A stretch of DNA of 55,106 bases from an uncultured Christensenella sp. (GCA_964367785.1 CAYIZE010000001.1:1-55106), one strand, 5' to 3'; positions 45,501 through 55,106 are shown, counted from the stretch's first letter. Numbers and translations: made by a program. The notes: generated from the letters alone by a model not told the origin.

Positions 45501-48500
45501 ATCGTGCCTGATTTCATATAACCCACGACACCGCCGACGTATTTTGCACCCGACAAAATAACATTATTAACATAAGAACTTAAGATATATCCGCCATCCA
45601 TATAACCAACTAATCCGCCCAAAGCCAAACCATTATTTGCCACTGTTTTATTTGTCACTTTTGAGCCACTAATAAGCGTGGTATATTCAGATTGTTCTGG
45701 TTCGACAGAAACTCCAGAGATAGTTCCATCCTTCCCAAGTTTACCCACAACACCGCCAACGATATTGCCTGTTTCACCACTAACACTATGAATTACTCTC
45801 ACTCCTGTGAGTGTGCCAGATTTTAAATAACCCACGACACCGCCAACAGCAGATGCTTTATCAAACACACTTACAGTTGAGCCTTCAACAGTAATGGATA
45901 AAGATTCAATAAGACTGTCAGACAAAGTAGTTTTTGTGCCTTTCACAATAAGTGATGCATTTGTTGACGTTTTAACTGCTAATCCATTAACTATTTTAGA
46001 TAGATCAAGTGTGTTTCCCTTTCCTAAATCAACCTTGCCAAACCAACCGCCCACTGCAAGTTCTCCACCTGAAACAGTGCATGCAATCTCGACATAATAT
46101 TCATCAGGCAAGTCATTTTCCACAAGCCCAATAGAACCTCCCACATAGGCAGGATGGAAAGATTGAAGTGTTGAAGTTGCAGTTGAACTTGCTCCAAAGA
46201 AAACGTTATCTCCAACATAAACATAATAAATTGTATTTAATGATGGAAGTCCAATATTTCCACCAATTTGAGCATTTGAACTAACTTTCCCGGCAATTCC
46301 ACCAGCACAACTCACATTGTCTGCACCAGATTCTGCAAAGCCATAAATTGTCACTTTAAAAAACGAATTTAGGAAAAATTCATTTTGACTGCCAACATAA
46401 CAAGTGCCTGAAATAACTCCATTATTGTCCATTTCACCCACAAGTCCGCCTGAAAATGACGATCCTGCAATAGACATAGTGCTGAGTAAATCTCCCCAAG
46501 CAAAACCTTGAGCTGTTAATATCGAAAGAGGGCTAAGTGTTGCTTTACAGAAATACATACCTGTATTATCTGTTGCATATCCAACAATTCCACCCGATCT
46601 CTTTGCTCCAGAAATACTTCCCGAACTAACAATGTATGGGCAAAGAGATGTGTTGTCTTGACTTATTTCACTTGCAAGAATTGCATCAGATGCAAATTTG
46701 CCAGCAGACCCAACAATCTCTACTAGATGAGGAGCGTAGAGATTTTCGACTGCTTTTGTGTTAAGATTAGCACCAACAGAACGTCCGATAATTCCGCCAG
46801 CATTACCAACTGCATTCACAGTGCCATAGTTTGCCACCCAGCCACGGACGTATCCCTCTGATAGAATAGCTCCATTAAGATAACTTCCAATACTTTCTTC
46901 ACTGCCGGAATAAATAAATGTTGATTGTTCTGCATAGCCAAGAATTCCGCCAGCATTTTCTCTGCCGAGGACAGGAGTGAAGTTAAATGCAAAGGAAATA
47001 ACTAGTTGCTCCTCTCCATTATAATTGTTAGGATCTCCTTTAAGACAAGCCCCAACCAATCCACCGGCAGTTCCTGCAGAAGAAATTCTTCCAGTTGACA
47101 AAGTAAAGAGACTTTGTGCTGTAATCCCGCTTGAAGTAAGCGTCACAGCATAACTTATCACTGCATTAAGTGTTAAATGTTGAGTTGTTTTAACAATTCC
47201 AATGATACCACCACAAGCACCTTGTCCAATAGTTGTTTTAAAGTCCATTTCATCTAGCACAAAATTGTCACTTGCCATTTGTTCTGGAGTTGTTGGATAG
47301 CAAAGTCCATCATCTGCTGTCCATTTATAATTAGGTATAGTTACATTAGACAAATATTCATTTATGCCATAACCCGCTGTTCTAATATCTAACCAACTTA
47401 AAGCGAAAGTGAACAAATTATTCATATTAATGGAGAAGCATTCCAAAAAGCTTGTGGATAACCCAAGGACTTCCTCACCGTCAATTTTAATTGCAATACT
47501 CCATTCACCAAGATATTTATCAACTGTGTTGCTAACCCATTTTCCAAGTTTAGTGAGCCAGTTTACATCTTCTACTATGCTTCCACCACTGCTTTCAGCA
47601 ACCTTGTTTGCTGCAAAAAGCATTCCCACGCCAGAGGCTGCCGTGCCTAAATTAATCACTCCTGCAAGTTCAGGATCTTCATTAATAATTTTATCATATT
47701 TAACTGTATCCATATGTTCATAATAACCAATAATTCCACCAGACGAATATCCAAGAATAATTCCAGTGACAGAGTTGATTATAATTCCATTATTGTTTTC
47801 CAAAAGGTAATCATCGATTGTTCCGCCATCAAAAATAATTTCTTTAAGCATTCCAACAAATTCTGAGATGACGTTAGCGTTTTGAAGACTAATTTCAGTG
47901 CTTATTGCACCTCCACGCATTAAGCCAACGATACCTCCTGCGATGCCCGATAGAGCATATACAGCGCTTTGATTAATCATAATTTTTGTGGATTTAAGAA
48001 CTCCACCAGCCATCACACCAATCATTCCGCCAGCCACACGAGACGCCATCATAAGCCCCACATTAGTGTTACAATCTTGAACCAAGCCGTTTTGAAGATA
48101 TCCCACAATTCCACCAAAGATGTATGGAGTGCTAAGGAATGTTTCAGCGGCAGTGAATAAATCAATTACTGACTTTGCAACTTCATCTTCATCTGAATTT
48201 CCCATATATTCTTCAAGTTTTTCTGTTAAAGTTGTTCTGTTGTTTCCACTAATGATAGAGATTGCAGACCAACTTCCAGTTTCGCAATTAATTATTTTTG
48301 TGTAATTTGAATATCCCACAATTCCACCAGCAAAAGAATTTAGTGGATATCCTAGGAATGAAGCAGATGCTTCACAATTACTAATTAAAATATGTTCATT
48401 TAAAGTTGCATCAGCAGAAAGCCCCACAATACCTCCAACAAATGTTGACAAAATACAGCCAATAATATCTGCATCTGTGACGCAATCCTTAATTGTCACA

Positions 48501-51500
48501 ACTGCACCGCTAACACTTGACGAAATTGAACTATACACATATCCAACAATTCCGCCCGCTTTCGATTCTTTCAAAGTAATATAGAAGTCTGCTTTAAGGA
48601 GCATATCAACTAAAGTTGTTGACTCTTTCACATAACTTGAATCATAACCAGCATAAATTGTTGAATGTGCATCAACATCTGCTCTAAGATCAAAAGTGGA
48701 CAAAGATTTGACATCTCCTGTGTTCTTAACATTGATAATGTTAACCTTTTTTGAACCATCAGTTTGTGTGACAATCACTTCGCCGACAATTCCGCCAGCA
48801 GAACTATTTGCTTCAATGCTTGCATTATTGAAAATGGTGTATTCTCCTTCGGTTGCACCTGAACCATTGAGTGTGCCATATTGCATCTTACCAACAATTC
48901 CGCCAGTAACACTATATCCATAAGAACTAAAAGTTCCTCCGATTGATTTACTAGTATATCCTGTTGTTTGACCATTGCTAGGCAAATCAGAATAGTTTGC
49001 ATCTATATTCAAGTCTTTTGGATAATATGTTAAAGTTCCAGACAACCAATTTTTATTTTTCCAATAACTATTCCAAAGGTCTTCAAAATTTGAAATTCCC
49101 TCTTCCCAATTTTCAACTAATCCTGGAAGAATCCAAGAAATGTGGTCTAAATTGAAATAGACGCTAGAAACAAATTTTGAATCTTGACTTTCCACCAAGT
49201 TGCCATTACTGTCTAAATAATAACCAGTGTTACAATTTGTCAATATCCCACCACGCATACGTCCAACTATTCCGCCAACAATGCTCGTTTTAACCGATCT
49301 AACTGTTGCACGTCCTGCTGAATAGCAATTATTAATTGTTGCAGTGTTGTTTGAAGATTGATAGAGATCTCCAACAATTCCGCCGAAAATAACTGAGTGA
49401 TAACCACCAAGATAAAGCACAACAACTTCAAAGTTTGCATTCTTTCCATAGGAGCAATCTTCAATAAGTCCCGATTTAAACTTGCCCGCAATTCCACCGA
49501 TGTAAATTTCATTAGCAATCAAATTTTTCATTGCTTCATTTTCATAAACAGAATTATTAGTTATAGTCGCTTTTCCAAATTCATTCTTACTAACAAGAAC
49601 TCCCGCAACATTGATGCCATCTTTAGCATCATACACGCAATTTGTGATTTTTCCACCTTCATTATAACCCACTAATCCACCTATTGTGTAGAAACCATAA
49701 AGACCAACTGAAGAGCCGTCTGTGACGGAAGCCACAGTAATGTATGACAATTCACCTGCAATTTTTATGTATGTTGAAAGGAGTCCCACCACACCACCAA
49801 TGTGTGAACTGGAAACAGGTCTACTAATAGCCTCGTTATTTTCATCTGTTAATATACCGTTGTCAAGGCATGAATAGACAGAAATTCCTTGAACTTTAAA
49901 TGATTCACTTTCCGTTCCATAAATTTTGCCACCAACCATAACACCAACAAGTCCGCCAGCATAACTCTCATCTGAATATATTCTGTCATTAACCATAACA
50001 AACAAGCCCATATATTCTGCGCCAACATATGTTGTTACACCTTCATTTATCACAGCAGTTGTGGAAATTTCACCACCTTCCATATAACCAATCAAGCCAC
50101 CCGCAAAAGCAACTTCGCTTCCCGAAACGCTTCTCCTGATTGTTTTGTCATTTGAATTTGTGAAGTTGACAAGCACTGATGAAATTCTCTCTTTATCTGT
50201 GAAAAGACCGTCAGTAAATGTTCCTGTTTGGACAATATTTGATAAGTCACCATTATAAATATAACTATTTCCACCAATAGTGCTTATGCTTGAGTCGACA
50301 TCTATTCCGCTCAAAACTCCGTTGCCCATATATCCAGCAACAAGTCCCGTCTGAGCATAACTTGCCGTGAAAGTGATGTCATGGACAGCAGTGTTTATTG
50401 TGTTTGTTCCAGAATTCACATTCTCAAGGTTTGGAAGTGCTCTTAAAAGTCCGTTTGAAGAATACATATTATAAACAACTTTTTCATTTCCGTCTAAGTC
50501 GCCCACAAAATATGCTGCTTTTTCGTCCAGATGTTTAGACCAATACATATCCCCAGAATATTTTTCAAAATTGATATCTTTTGTGAATATATAATATTTA
50601 TATTCAGGGGAATTTTTCAAATAGTTAATAAGAATATACATTTCAAGCATACCAGAATGCTTAATCATATAAGGCATATCAACAAAACTATTTGTTATCT
50701 CGTTTTCATTTGTGCTATCTGCAAGTCCGTTGCCTGTGTAAATCATATCAAAATAATCATCAAGTTCGCTTGCGAGGATAACATTCTTATAGTTCTTCGT
50801 CACATAAGCGTAGTTAAACCAAGTTGAATCAACTTTCAAAGTCTCTGAAGTATTTGATGTGTATTTTTCACTCTTTTTGAAAAGTGAAATAAGTTCTGAA
50901 TCGGTTGAAGTTGATGAAGATGAAGTATCTTCGTTTGGAATTATCCAATGCGATGAGAACATAGAATTCACATCAACATAACTTGTGTCTGTTCTTTCGC
51001 CCGACAAAGAATATGAATAGACATAGAAACCTTTGCTTTGAATACAATCAATGTTTTCGTTAGATAATAGAAGCACATTTGCATTCACTCCCTCTTGAGT
51101 TGCTCCAAATGAAGCAGGCAAATAGTCATAATATGTCCTATATATATTTTCGCTTGTGTCTCCTTCTTCCAAATATGCTATTGGAGCAATCTTTTTGTTC
51201 TCAGCATCAACATCTGCCATAGTGTAGCAGTTTGATATTGTGCCAAATTTACTGAATGCAGTGAAGCCAGAGAAATAACTGTCTGAACCTCCACCTGCAA
51301 CGCTCCTAACCTCTCCTGTGAAGTATGTGTTATAGATATTTCCCAGTTTATCTGAATTAACTTTACCATTGTAAAGAACTATTCCTGCTCCAGACGAAGC
51401 AGTTATTGTTGCAACACTAAAACTTGTGTTAATCACACCATAATTTGTGTGAACAAGCCCCGCAAGTCCCTCTGTTCCAGTGATTGTTCCAGCAGTTCCG

Positions 51501-54500
51501 CAAGAGAACACAAATCCATAATTGTCTTTTGCTATTGGAGCGTAAGATGTCACTGCGTTTGCATTGCTTGAATTAAGCGTTGAAAACACAGCACAAACCG
51601 CAGAATTTTCAGTTATGGTTGAAAAGAGTGGGACATTTGTTCCAACAGCAGAGTAACCCTGCCCATTAAACATCCAACCCGTTGCAGTTGTTGTTATGGA
51701 AGTGTTAAGTTGAATATCACCTTTCAAAACATAATAAGAATCGTTTGCTAAAACAGTGCTTGCAACAAAAGTGATTGGATTAATCTTGCTTCCTAAAATG
51801 TAGTTAGAAACATTATTTATCTGCGTTGTCACGCCATTTCCTGTGAAATAGGAAGTGTGAAGTTTAGAGAAATATTCGTTGTTATATGTGGCTTCAAAGT
51901 TGTCAGATTTTATCATAATATCTTTATAGATACTTTGGAAAACTGCCATAAGTTCACTTTGAGAAACATTTGTAAATTCATCATTCACATATGTGTCACA
52001 GTTAACAAGCGAAATATTTTCGTTATAATATGTCTTTTTGTTATTTTTATGAGAAACAAGTGCATCAGTTGTTGTTGAATTATTAATGTTTTTTCTGCCA
52101 ACAACAGAACCGATGTTTAAGTTGAGTTTTTGTGAAATTGCATAATCCTTTATTGTGGACGCAACCAAAGTTGAGCCGTCAATCTCGCCACAAATGTATT
52201 TTGAATACATTCCCACTAAACCACCGATATAATAGTAGTAGTCCTCATCACTATCGCTATCAGTATAGAAATAACTGCCACTTAATGAGCCATTACCACG
52301 ATTAAGAGTAATGTCACCAAGGACAATAACATTTGAAGTGGAAACTGTCTCTGCTTTTCCAACAGCGCCGCCAACATACATTACTTTCTCTTGATCACAA
52401 ACAATGTCCATAGTGGTCAAAACTTTATTGAGTGTGATTGTTGAAGCATTGCTACCTTGAACTCCACCTGTAATTCCACCCACAGCAATCATAGTTGTGG
52501 CATAGTTTCCATTTGTTTTAACTCTTGAAACATTCAAATAATCTGCATCGTTAATGACATTCACAAAACTGCAACTCTTACTTAAAACAGCCACAATTCC
52601 GCCGACATAAAGTGATTCACAATAATCAGCCTGAACGTTAATACTCATATTTGTATAGACGTTGTTAAGTTCACTTGCCAAGTTGTCACCAAGCACGCCA
52701 CCAACATAAACGTTTGAATCGCTACTGCCAAGATAAACATTCAAAGTTTCACTTGAAGAGTTTACTGATGATTGTTTTATTGTCAAATTGATAATGTTAT
52801 ATCTGTTTTGTCCAACAACACCAGCAATAGAAGCCTTACCCTGAACATAAACGTTCATAACAAGGTCTTCAATTTCCACTCCTTCGATGCTTCCAGTCAC
52901 TCTTGTTCCGCTGTCCACTGTCACATATTCACCTGCTGCTCCCACCAAGCCACCAACAAATATTCCACCAGAGCCACTGTTTGTGGTTAATAGTTTTCTT
53001 TGTGCTGTGCCAACATTAACTGTCACATCTTCTGCAAAAATTGACTCCATTGAACCCTGCATTCTGCCCACAGCGCCACCAGCATAGAAAATGTCAAAGT
53101 CGCCGTTTGTTGAGTCAACAGCATAGTTAGTCGTTATTGTAACATTAGATGATGTGAACATCTTTGTCATATTTCCAATACAATTTCCAACAAATGCACC
53201 CACATATTTTGTTTTGTATGCAGTTGCTGAAGAATAGATAACAGAAGTATTTAAAGTTGTGCTACAACTTGCAATGTTAAGAATTGAGGTTTCACTCGCA
53301 GCAACAAATTGACCCACGCATGAAGCATTTGTCACCATTCCTGTTGAATTTAATCTATTTTCTATTGAAACATATTCGCCCGCAAGCACTGTAATTGATG
53401 TGCGAGGAATAACATTTAGTCCCTCGGTGATTAGACTGTCAGTGGCATATGAAAGATCATAAGTATATGTCAAAACCGAACCAACCGTCTCTTCTTTTGT
53501 GAAGGTAAAGAAATATTTAAAGTGAAGATCTCTTGCTGAAGTTGAAGTAGAAACTTCGCTTAAAGGATTTAATGTGGCAAGTTGCAAGAATGCATTGCTA
53601 TAATCATCAACATTGTTGAGTTCATTAGTCCTCACACCTCTTGTCACATAATGAGTCTTACCATTCAAAACTTGAGAAGTTGAAGAAATATCTTCGGACA
53701 CAACATCATTTAACGAACTATAAATATTTACATCTGTTATTGTTGTGTTTATTGCATTTGCAACAAGTATTGATGCCTTTGTTTCAGTTTTCACAGTCGC
53801 AGAGAAAACTGCACTATAACTTGAAACAACGAAATTAAGGTTGGAAATTGTTGCGTCCACAGTTGTCTGGAATATTGCAAAATCACTTGTCAAGTCGCTT
53901 CCCGAAAGAGTGATGTTAAACAATATAGGATATCTAGAATATTCCTCCCCATTTTCAACAATGGTCACAGCGTTTCCAGATAGCGTCCCACGGAAAGGCT
54001 CTGTGAACACAGAAAGGTCAACCCCTGTGAAATCAATGTCATTCATAATAATATATTTCTTTGACAAAGTGTCAGGTGAAGAGAGTTCATCAATGAACTG
54101 CTGGGCTGTATAAATTCTAACAAGAGAAGATTCATAACCATATTTAAGCAAAGGCAAAAGATTTTCATCAGAATAATCCCAAGTGCTTTCCAACCAATTA
54201 TCTGGTGAGAAGTAGATGTCTCTTAAAGAAGAATTTCTCAAATTGTTTCCAAGCAAGTCTTGCACTTTGTTTGGATAAATCAAATTATTTCCATCATTTT
54301 CACAAAGAATATTACTTAAATAATCGTCAAAGTTTTTATTTTCATTCACACCCCAAAGTTGAATATAATGAACTATTTCAGTTTCATCTTCATCAACAGT
54401 AACAAGTTGTCTTAAATCAAAACTTGCGTCGCTGATGTCTGCATCTGAAATACAATCATAATCAAAACTATCCAAAATGAGATTTTGAACATAGTTTCCA

Positions 54501-55106
54501 TCATTCACGCTGACAATTCCCAATTCTCCTTCAACTTCACCGGAGTTTTCATATTTGCCATACAAAGCACCGATGACGTTATTTTCGCCACTTTGATAAG
54601 TATAATCAAACAAGTCATCAAAATCATCTGTATCCCAAATGTTGAGAGCCACCGCATAACTCAAATTGAGTTGATAGGATTGGCTATCACTTGCTGAAGC
54701 ACTGGTTTCAACTTCTTGGAAATATTCTCCTGTGCTTTCTTCAAAAATTCTGCCGATAATTCCGCCGATGTAAATTTGTTCAGTGCTATCAAGGTCAGCC
54801 ATTAAACTTGCAGTTGTATAGACATTTTTAATTTCGCCGACATAACTTGCTCCAACAATTCCACCCACAGAAATTGCAAGTTCATTTTTAACATCAACTC
54901 TATTATAACTATCAAGAATTCTTCCTGAGCCTGATGTCTCGCTTCCAGCGTTTATTCCCACAAGTCCGCCAATATAAGTTGGAGAGCCGTCTGAGAACAG
55001 AGTTTTGTTCACACTGCTTGCATTTTCTCCGCCTGAGACAAAAGATATAATGCTTAAATTTGAAGCATCTAAATCATCGCTATTAAAAGTCACAGATGTT
55101 TTACTG
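42512..55106 (-). CDS. Giant (at least 4197 aa) GLUG-repeat beta-helix protein; 5' end lies beyond the window
   Basis: The track begins it at a GTG (55093), but the frame has no stop up to the window edge (...SKTS precede it), so the N-terminus is missing. It ends at TAA 42514-42512. Dense GGxxG repeats run from about 50450 to about 43500. The C-terminal ~330 aa are non-repetitive. Confidence 0.85.
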   Translation of the reverse strand, partial: SKTSVTFNSDDLDASNLSIISFVSGGENASSVNKTLFSDGSPTYIGGLVGINAGSETSGSGRILDSYNRVDVKNELAISVGGIVGASYVGEIKNVYTTASLMADLDSTEQIYIGGIIGRIFEESTGEYFQEVETSASASDSQSYQLNLSYAVALNIWDTDDFDDLFDYTYQSGENNVIGALYGKYENSGEVEGELGIVSVNDGNYVQNLILDSFDYDCISDADISDASFDLRQLVTVDEDETEIVHYIQLWGVNENKNFDDYLSNILCENDGNNLIYPNKVQDLLGNNLRNSSLRDIYFSPDNWLESTWDYSDENLLPLLKYGYESSLVRIYTAQQFIDELSSPDTLSKKYIIMNDIDFTGVDLSVFTEPFRGTLSGNAVTIVENGEEYSRYPILFNITLSGSDLTSDFAIFQTTVDATISNLNFVVSSYSAVFSATVKTETKASILVANAINTTITDVNIYSSLNDVVSEDISSTSQVLNGKTHYVTRGVRTNELNNVDDYSNAFLQLATLNPLSEVSTSTSARDLHFKYFFTFTKEETVGSVLTYTYDLSYATDSLITEGLNVIPRTSITVLAGEYVSIENRLNSTGMVTNASCVGQFVAASETSILNIASCSTTLNTSVIYSSATAYKTKYVGAFVGNCIGNMTKMFTSSNVTITTNYAVDSTNGDFDIFYAGGAVGRMQGSMESIFAEDVTVNVGTAQRKLLTTNSGSGGIFVGGLVGAAGEYVTVDSGTRVTGSIEGVEIEDLVMNVYVQGKASIAGVVGQNRYNIINLTIKQSSVNSSSETLNVYLGSSDSNVYVGGVLGDNLASELNNVYTNMSINVQADYCESLYVGGIVAVLSKSCSFVNVINDADYLNVSRVKTNGNYATTMIAVGGITGGVQGSNASTITLNKVLTTMDIVCDQEKVMYVGGAVGKAETVSTSNVIVLGDITLNRGNGSLSGSYFYTDSDSDEDYYYYIGGLVGMYSKYICGEIDGSTLVASTIKDYAISQKLNLNIGSVVGRKNINNSTTTDALVSHKNNKKTYYNENISLVNCDTYVNDEFTNVSQSELMAVFQSIYKDIMIKSDNFEATYNNEYFSKLHTSYFTGNGVTTQINNVSNYILGSKINPITFVASTVLANDSYYVLKGDIQLNTSITTTATGWMFNGQGYSAVGTNVPLFSTITENSAVCAVFSTLNSSNANAVTSYAPIAKDNYGFVFSCGTAGTITGTEGLAGLVHTNYGVINTSFSVATITASSGAGIVLYNGKVNSDKLGNIYNTYFTGEVRSVAGGGSDSYFSGFTAFSKFGTISNCYTMADVDAENKKIAPIAYLEEGDTSENIYRTYYDYLPASFGATQEGVNANVLLLSNENIDCIQSKGFYVYSYSLSGERTDTSYVDVNSMFSSHWIIPNEDTSSSSTSTDSELISLFKKSEKYTSNTSETLKVDSTWFNYAYVTKNYKNVILASELDDYFDMIYTGNGLADSTNENEITNSFVDMPYMIKHSGMLEMYILINYLKNSPEYKYYIFTKDINFEKYSGDMYWSKHLDEKAAYFVGDLDGNEKVVYNMYSSNGLLRALPNLENVNSGTNTINTAVHDITFTASYAQTGLVAGYMGNGVLSGIDVDSSISTIGGNSYIYNGDLSNIVQTGTFTDGLFTDKERISSVLVNFTNSNDKTIRRSVSGSEVAFAGGLIGYMEGGEISTTAVINEGVTTYVGAEYMGLFVMVNDRIYSDESYAGGLVGVMVGGKIYGTESESFKVQGISVYSCLDNGILTDENNEAISRPVSSSHIGGVVGLLSTYIKIAGELSYITVASVTDGSSVGLYGFYTIGGLVGYNEGGKITNCVYDAKDGINVAGVLVSKNEFGKATITNNSVYENEAMKNLIANEIYIGGIAGKFKSGLIEDCSYGKNANFEVVVLYLGGYHSVIFGGIVGDLYQSSNNTATINNCYSAGRATVRSVKTSIVGGIVGRMRGGILTNCNTGYYLDSNGNLVESQDSKFVSSVYFNLDHISWILPGLVENWEEGISNFEDLWNSYWKNKNWLSGTLTYYPKDLNIDANYSDLPSNGQTTGYTSKSIGGTFSSYGYSVTGGIVGKMQYGTLNGSGATEGEYTIFNNASIEANSSAGGIVGEVIVTQTDGSKKVNIINVKNTGDVKSLSTFDLRADVDAHSTIYAGYDSSYVKESTTLVDMLLKADFYITLKESKAGGIVGYVYSSISSSVSGAVVTIKDCVTDADIIGCILSTFVGGIVGLSADATLNEHILISNCEASASFLGYPLNSFAGGIVGYSNYTKIINCETGSWSAISIISGNNRTTLTEKLEEYMGNSDEDEVAKSVIDLFTAAETFLSTPYIFGGIVGYLQNGLVQDCNTNVGLMMASRVAGGMIGVMAGGVLKSTKIMINQSAVYALSGIAGGIVGLMRGGAISTEISLQNANVISEFVGMLKEIIFDGGTIDDYLLENNNGIIINSVTGIILGYSSGGIIGYYEHMDTVKYDKIINEDPELAGVINLGTAASGVGMLFAANKVAESSGGSIVEDVNWLTKLGKWVSNTVDKYLGEWSIAIKIDGEEVLGLSTSFLECFSINMNNLFTFALSWLDIRTAGYGINEYLSNVTIPNYKWTADDGLCYPTTPEQMASDNFVLDEMDFKTTIGQGACGGIIGIVKTTQHLTLNAVISYAVTLTSSGITAQSLFTLSTGRISSAGTAGGLVGACLKGDPNNYNGEEQLVISFAFNFTPVLGRENAGGILGYAEQSTFIYSGSEESIGSYLNGAILSEGYVRGWVANYGTVNAVGNAGGIIGRSVGANLNTKAVENLYAPHLVEIVGSAGKFASDAILASEISQDNTSLCPYIVSSGSISGAKRSGGIVGYATDNTGMYFCKATLSPLSILTAQGFAWGDLLSTMSIAGSSFSGGLVGEMDNNGVISGTCYVGSQNEFFLNSFFKVTIYGFAESGADNVSCAGGIAGKVSSNAQIGGNIGLPSLNTIYYVYVGDNVFFGASSTATSTLQSFHPAYVGGSIGLVENDLPDEYYVEIACTVSGGELAVGGWFGKVDLGKGNTLDLSKIVNGLAVKTSTNASLIVKGTKTTLSDSLIESLSITVEGSTVSVFDKASAVGGVVGYLKSGTLTGVRVIHSVSGETGNIVGGVVGKLGKDGTISGVSVEPEQSEYTTLISGSKVTNKTVANNGLALGGLVGYMDGGYILSSYVNNVILSGAKYVGGVVGYMKSGTIGSSSLVVEGGEVGTATYGGGVVGYLEGTDCIFERVISKGVNVTEQAKAVITEGADTAGGFVGYMNGGTFNFNLSESSGMYFYYYDLNIVKGKYVAGGLVGEMAGGLIENGDVSDIIIATGTESNGDNIIALGGLVGKMTGGVINGGIVPTTLSGNNIGGIVGWMTSRETTDSNGADITTTGTINGGTVGVIIATGDNSYAGGYVGRMDAGTINSASKTENSRVANNINSNSVSLGGVVGILTGGTINSAVDPVSVIASGSLDSVYGGGVVGELTVSSESDLDDENRNLYNFEIAELQTNVSGVYYGGGLIGKASDGIISSVAKSGSVVTAKYAGGVIGYVNGAEKQSVIINVSEIKNITLNGTTAVGGVIGFAKDSQVVLNKSAISVNGVLTATDSQNYIGGLVGVSVNTRIGPFGYDEENEDVPNTNINLDTISTTVSLKDLTITTNAGSIIGGVVGQMQGGSVFAIKLGESTDASLSISDEIFMFGGIVGYNTSFGTGSDEKSGIIYGCENKFEILLNSTADNAVLGGICGFNDSYIYNSKNSASITSDFDGIGGIAGKNLGSIFYCTNGTSSGEQITLTASNKSMLGGIVGISADEGKVTTDCTNSATLSLGGHSSSLYIDSSSWESSPSLNYINLMTGDTTEYDSPTEFSNVYSGAVGGIAGKISGTSYVSGTNTGIISGYYYYGFNETQQSTVHFSDSDELVNTYEIVDRRGNIAGLNENSEEDGAKAINEAVEFGTLGTWTTDVGGAAVKVVSWADRQDELEGDSKEAQVGYVIEVAVTTTGCVPTYDTEGQITGYEYNSISNLPTYYNLMAVANSSTSLNGWESVKSNYEAIQSSASIIQDIASLGLSASSGTLIYLGEQAALYSNKIVSLEVQGASVGSSNSVSYSPPAGDGITKIETTFKVYKVITSYYDGKYETSAIQDCGGDVSFARNIYTKLNYMTDLSSKSIILEKLYELDNVTTSEDVGNFEWDKGFVPMGVLFLYNVNAI
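43500..50450 (-). repeat. Near-continuous GLUG-like repeat array (about 2300 aa, protein level) in the upstream giant ORF
   Basis: An example run reads GGVVGYLKSGTLTG...VGGVVGKLGKDGTISG...LGGLVGYMDGGYI...YVGGVVGYMKSGTI...GGGVVGYLEGTD...AGGFVGYMNGGT...AGGLVGEMAGGLI...LGGLVGKMTGGVI...IGGIVGWMT. On the plus strand this appears as recurring CC(A/G)CC(A/C)AC strings. Confidence 0.65.

Noticed and set aside
25438-55106. The periodic repeated short motif could superficially suggest a CRISPR-like or tandem DNA repeat array.
   Set aside because: The periodicity is at the protein level (GGxxG within one long open frame). The spacing is irregular, the nucleotide copies are diverged, and there is no repeat-spacer structure or cas genes.
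25438-55106. The giant-gene locus as a mobile genomic island.
   Set aside because: No integrase, transposase, tRNA target or flanking direct/inverted repeats are visible. Base composition looks like the rest of the window by eye. The far boundary lies outside the window, so mobility cannot be excluded, but nothing here supports it.

Overview
This is a 55.1-kb AT-rich bacterial chromosomal segment. It uses the standard genetic code: TGA terminates whiA and Trp is TGG. Gene content and promoter style look Bacillota (Firmicutes)-like. Every convincing gene except one lies on the minus strand. In transcription order (right to left) the window holds: two tandem giant ORFs; rpoB-rpoC; two small accessory genes (an 89-aa unknown and a HicB-fold protein); rpsL-rpsG-fusA-tuf; an isochorismatase-family hydrolase; an AI-2E permease and trpS; an ArsR/SmtB regulator with a plus-strand 60-aa Cys-cluster peptide ORF divergent from it; uvrC; an orphan solute-binding-like protein; and murB-whiA-dnaE, with dnaE running off the left edge. 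The first giant ORF is still open at the right window edge (at least 4197 codons). The second is about 5628 codons and has a lipoprotein signal peptide. I saw no rRNA, tRNA, CRISPR array, transposase or integrase. Several intergenic spacers carry near-consensus sigma-A-type promoters (often TTGACA-17-TGnTAnAAT) and hairpin plus T-tract terminators that can be read directly. The stand-out feature is the giant-gene pair, about 54% of the window. Both proteins are modular surface-type proteins built from GLUG-like GGxxG beta-helix repeats and Ig-like stretches. They sit immediately upstream of rpoB, where rplJ-rplL is normally found. The second candidate is an smtB/smtA-like divergent pair: the ArsR-family regulator facing a tiny membrane peptide with a CC..CCCGG tail. 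All functional calls rest on reading the translations by eye. No database search was possible.
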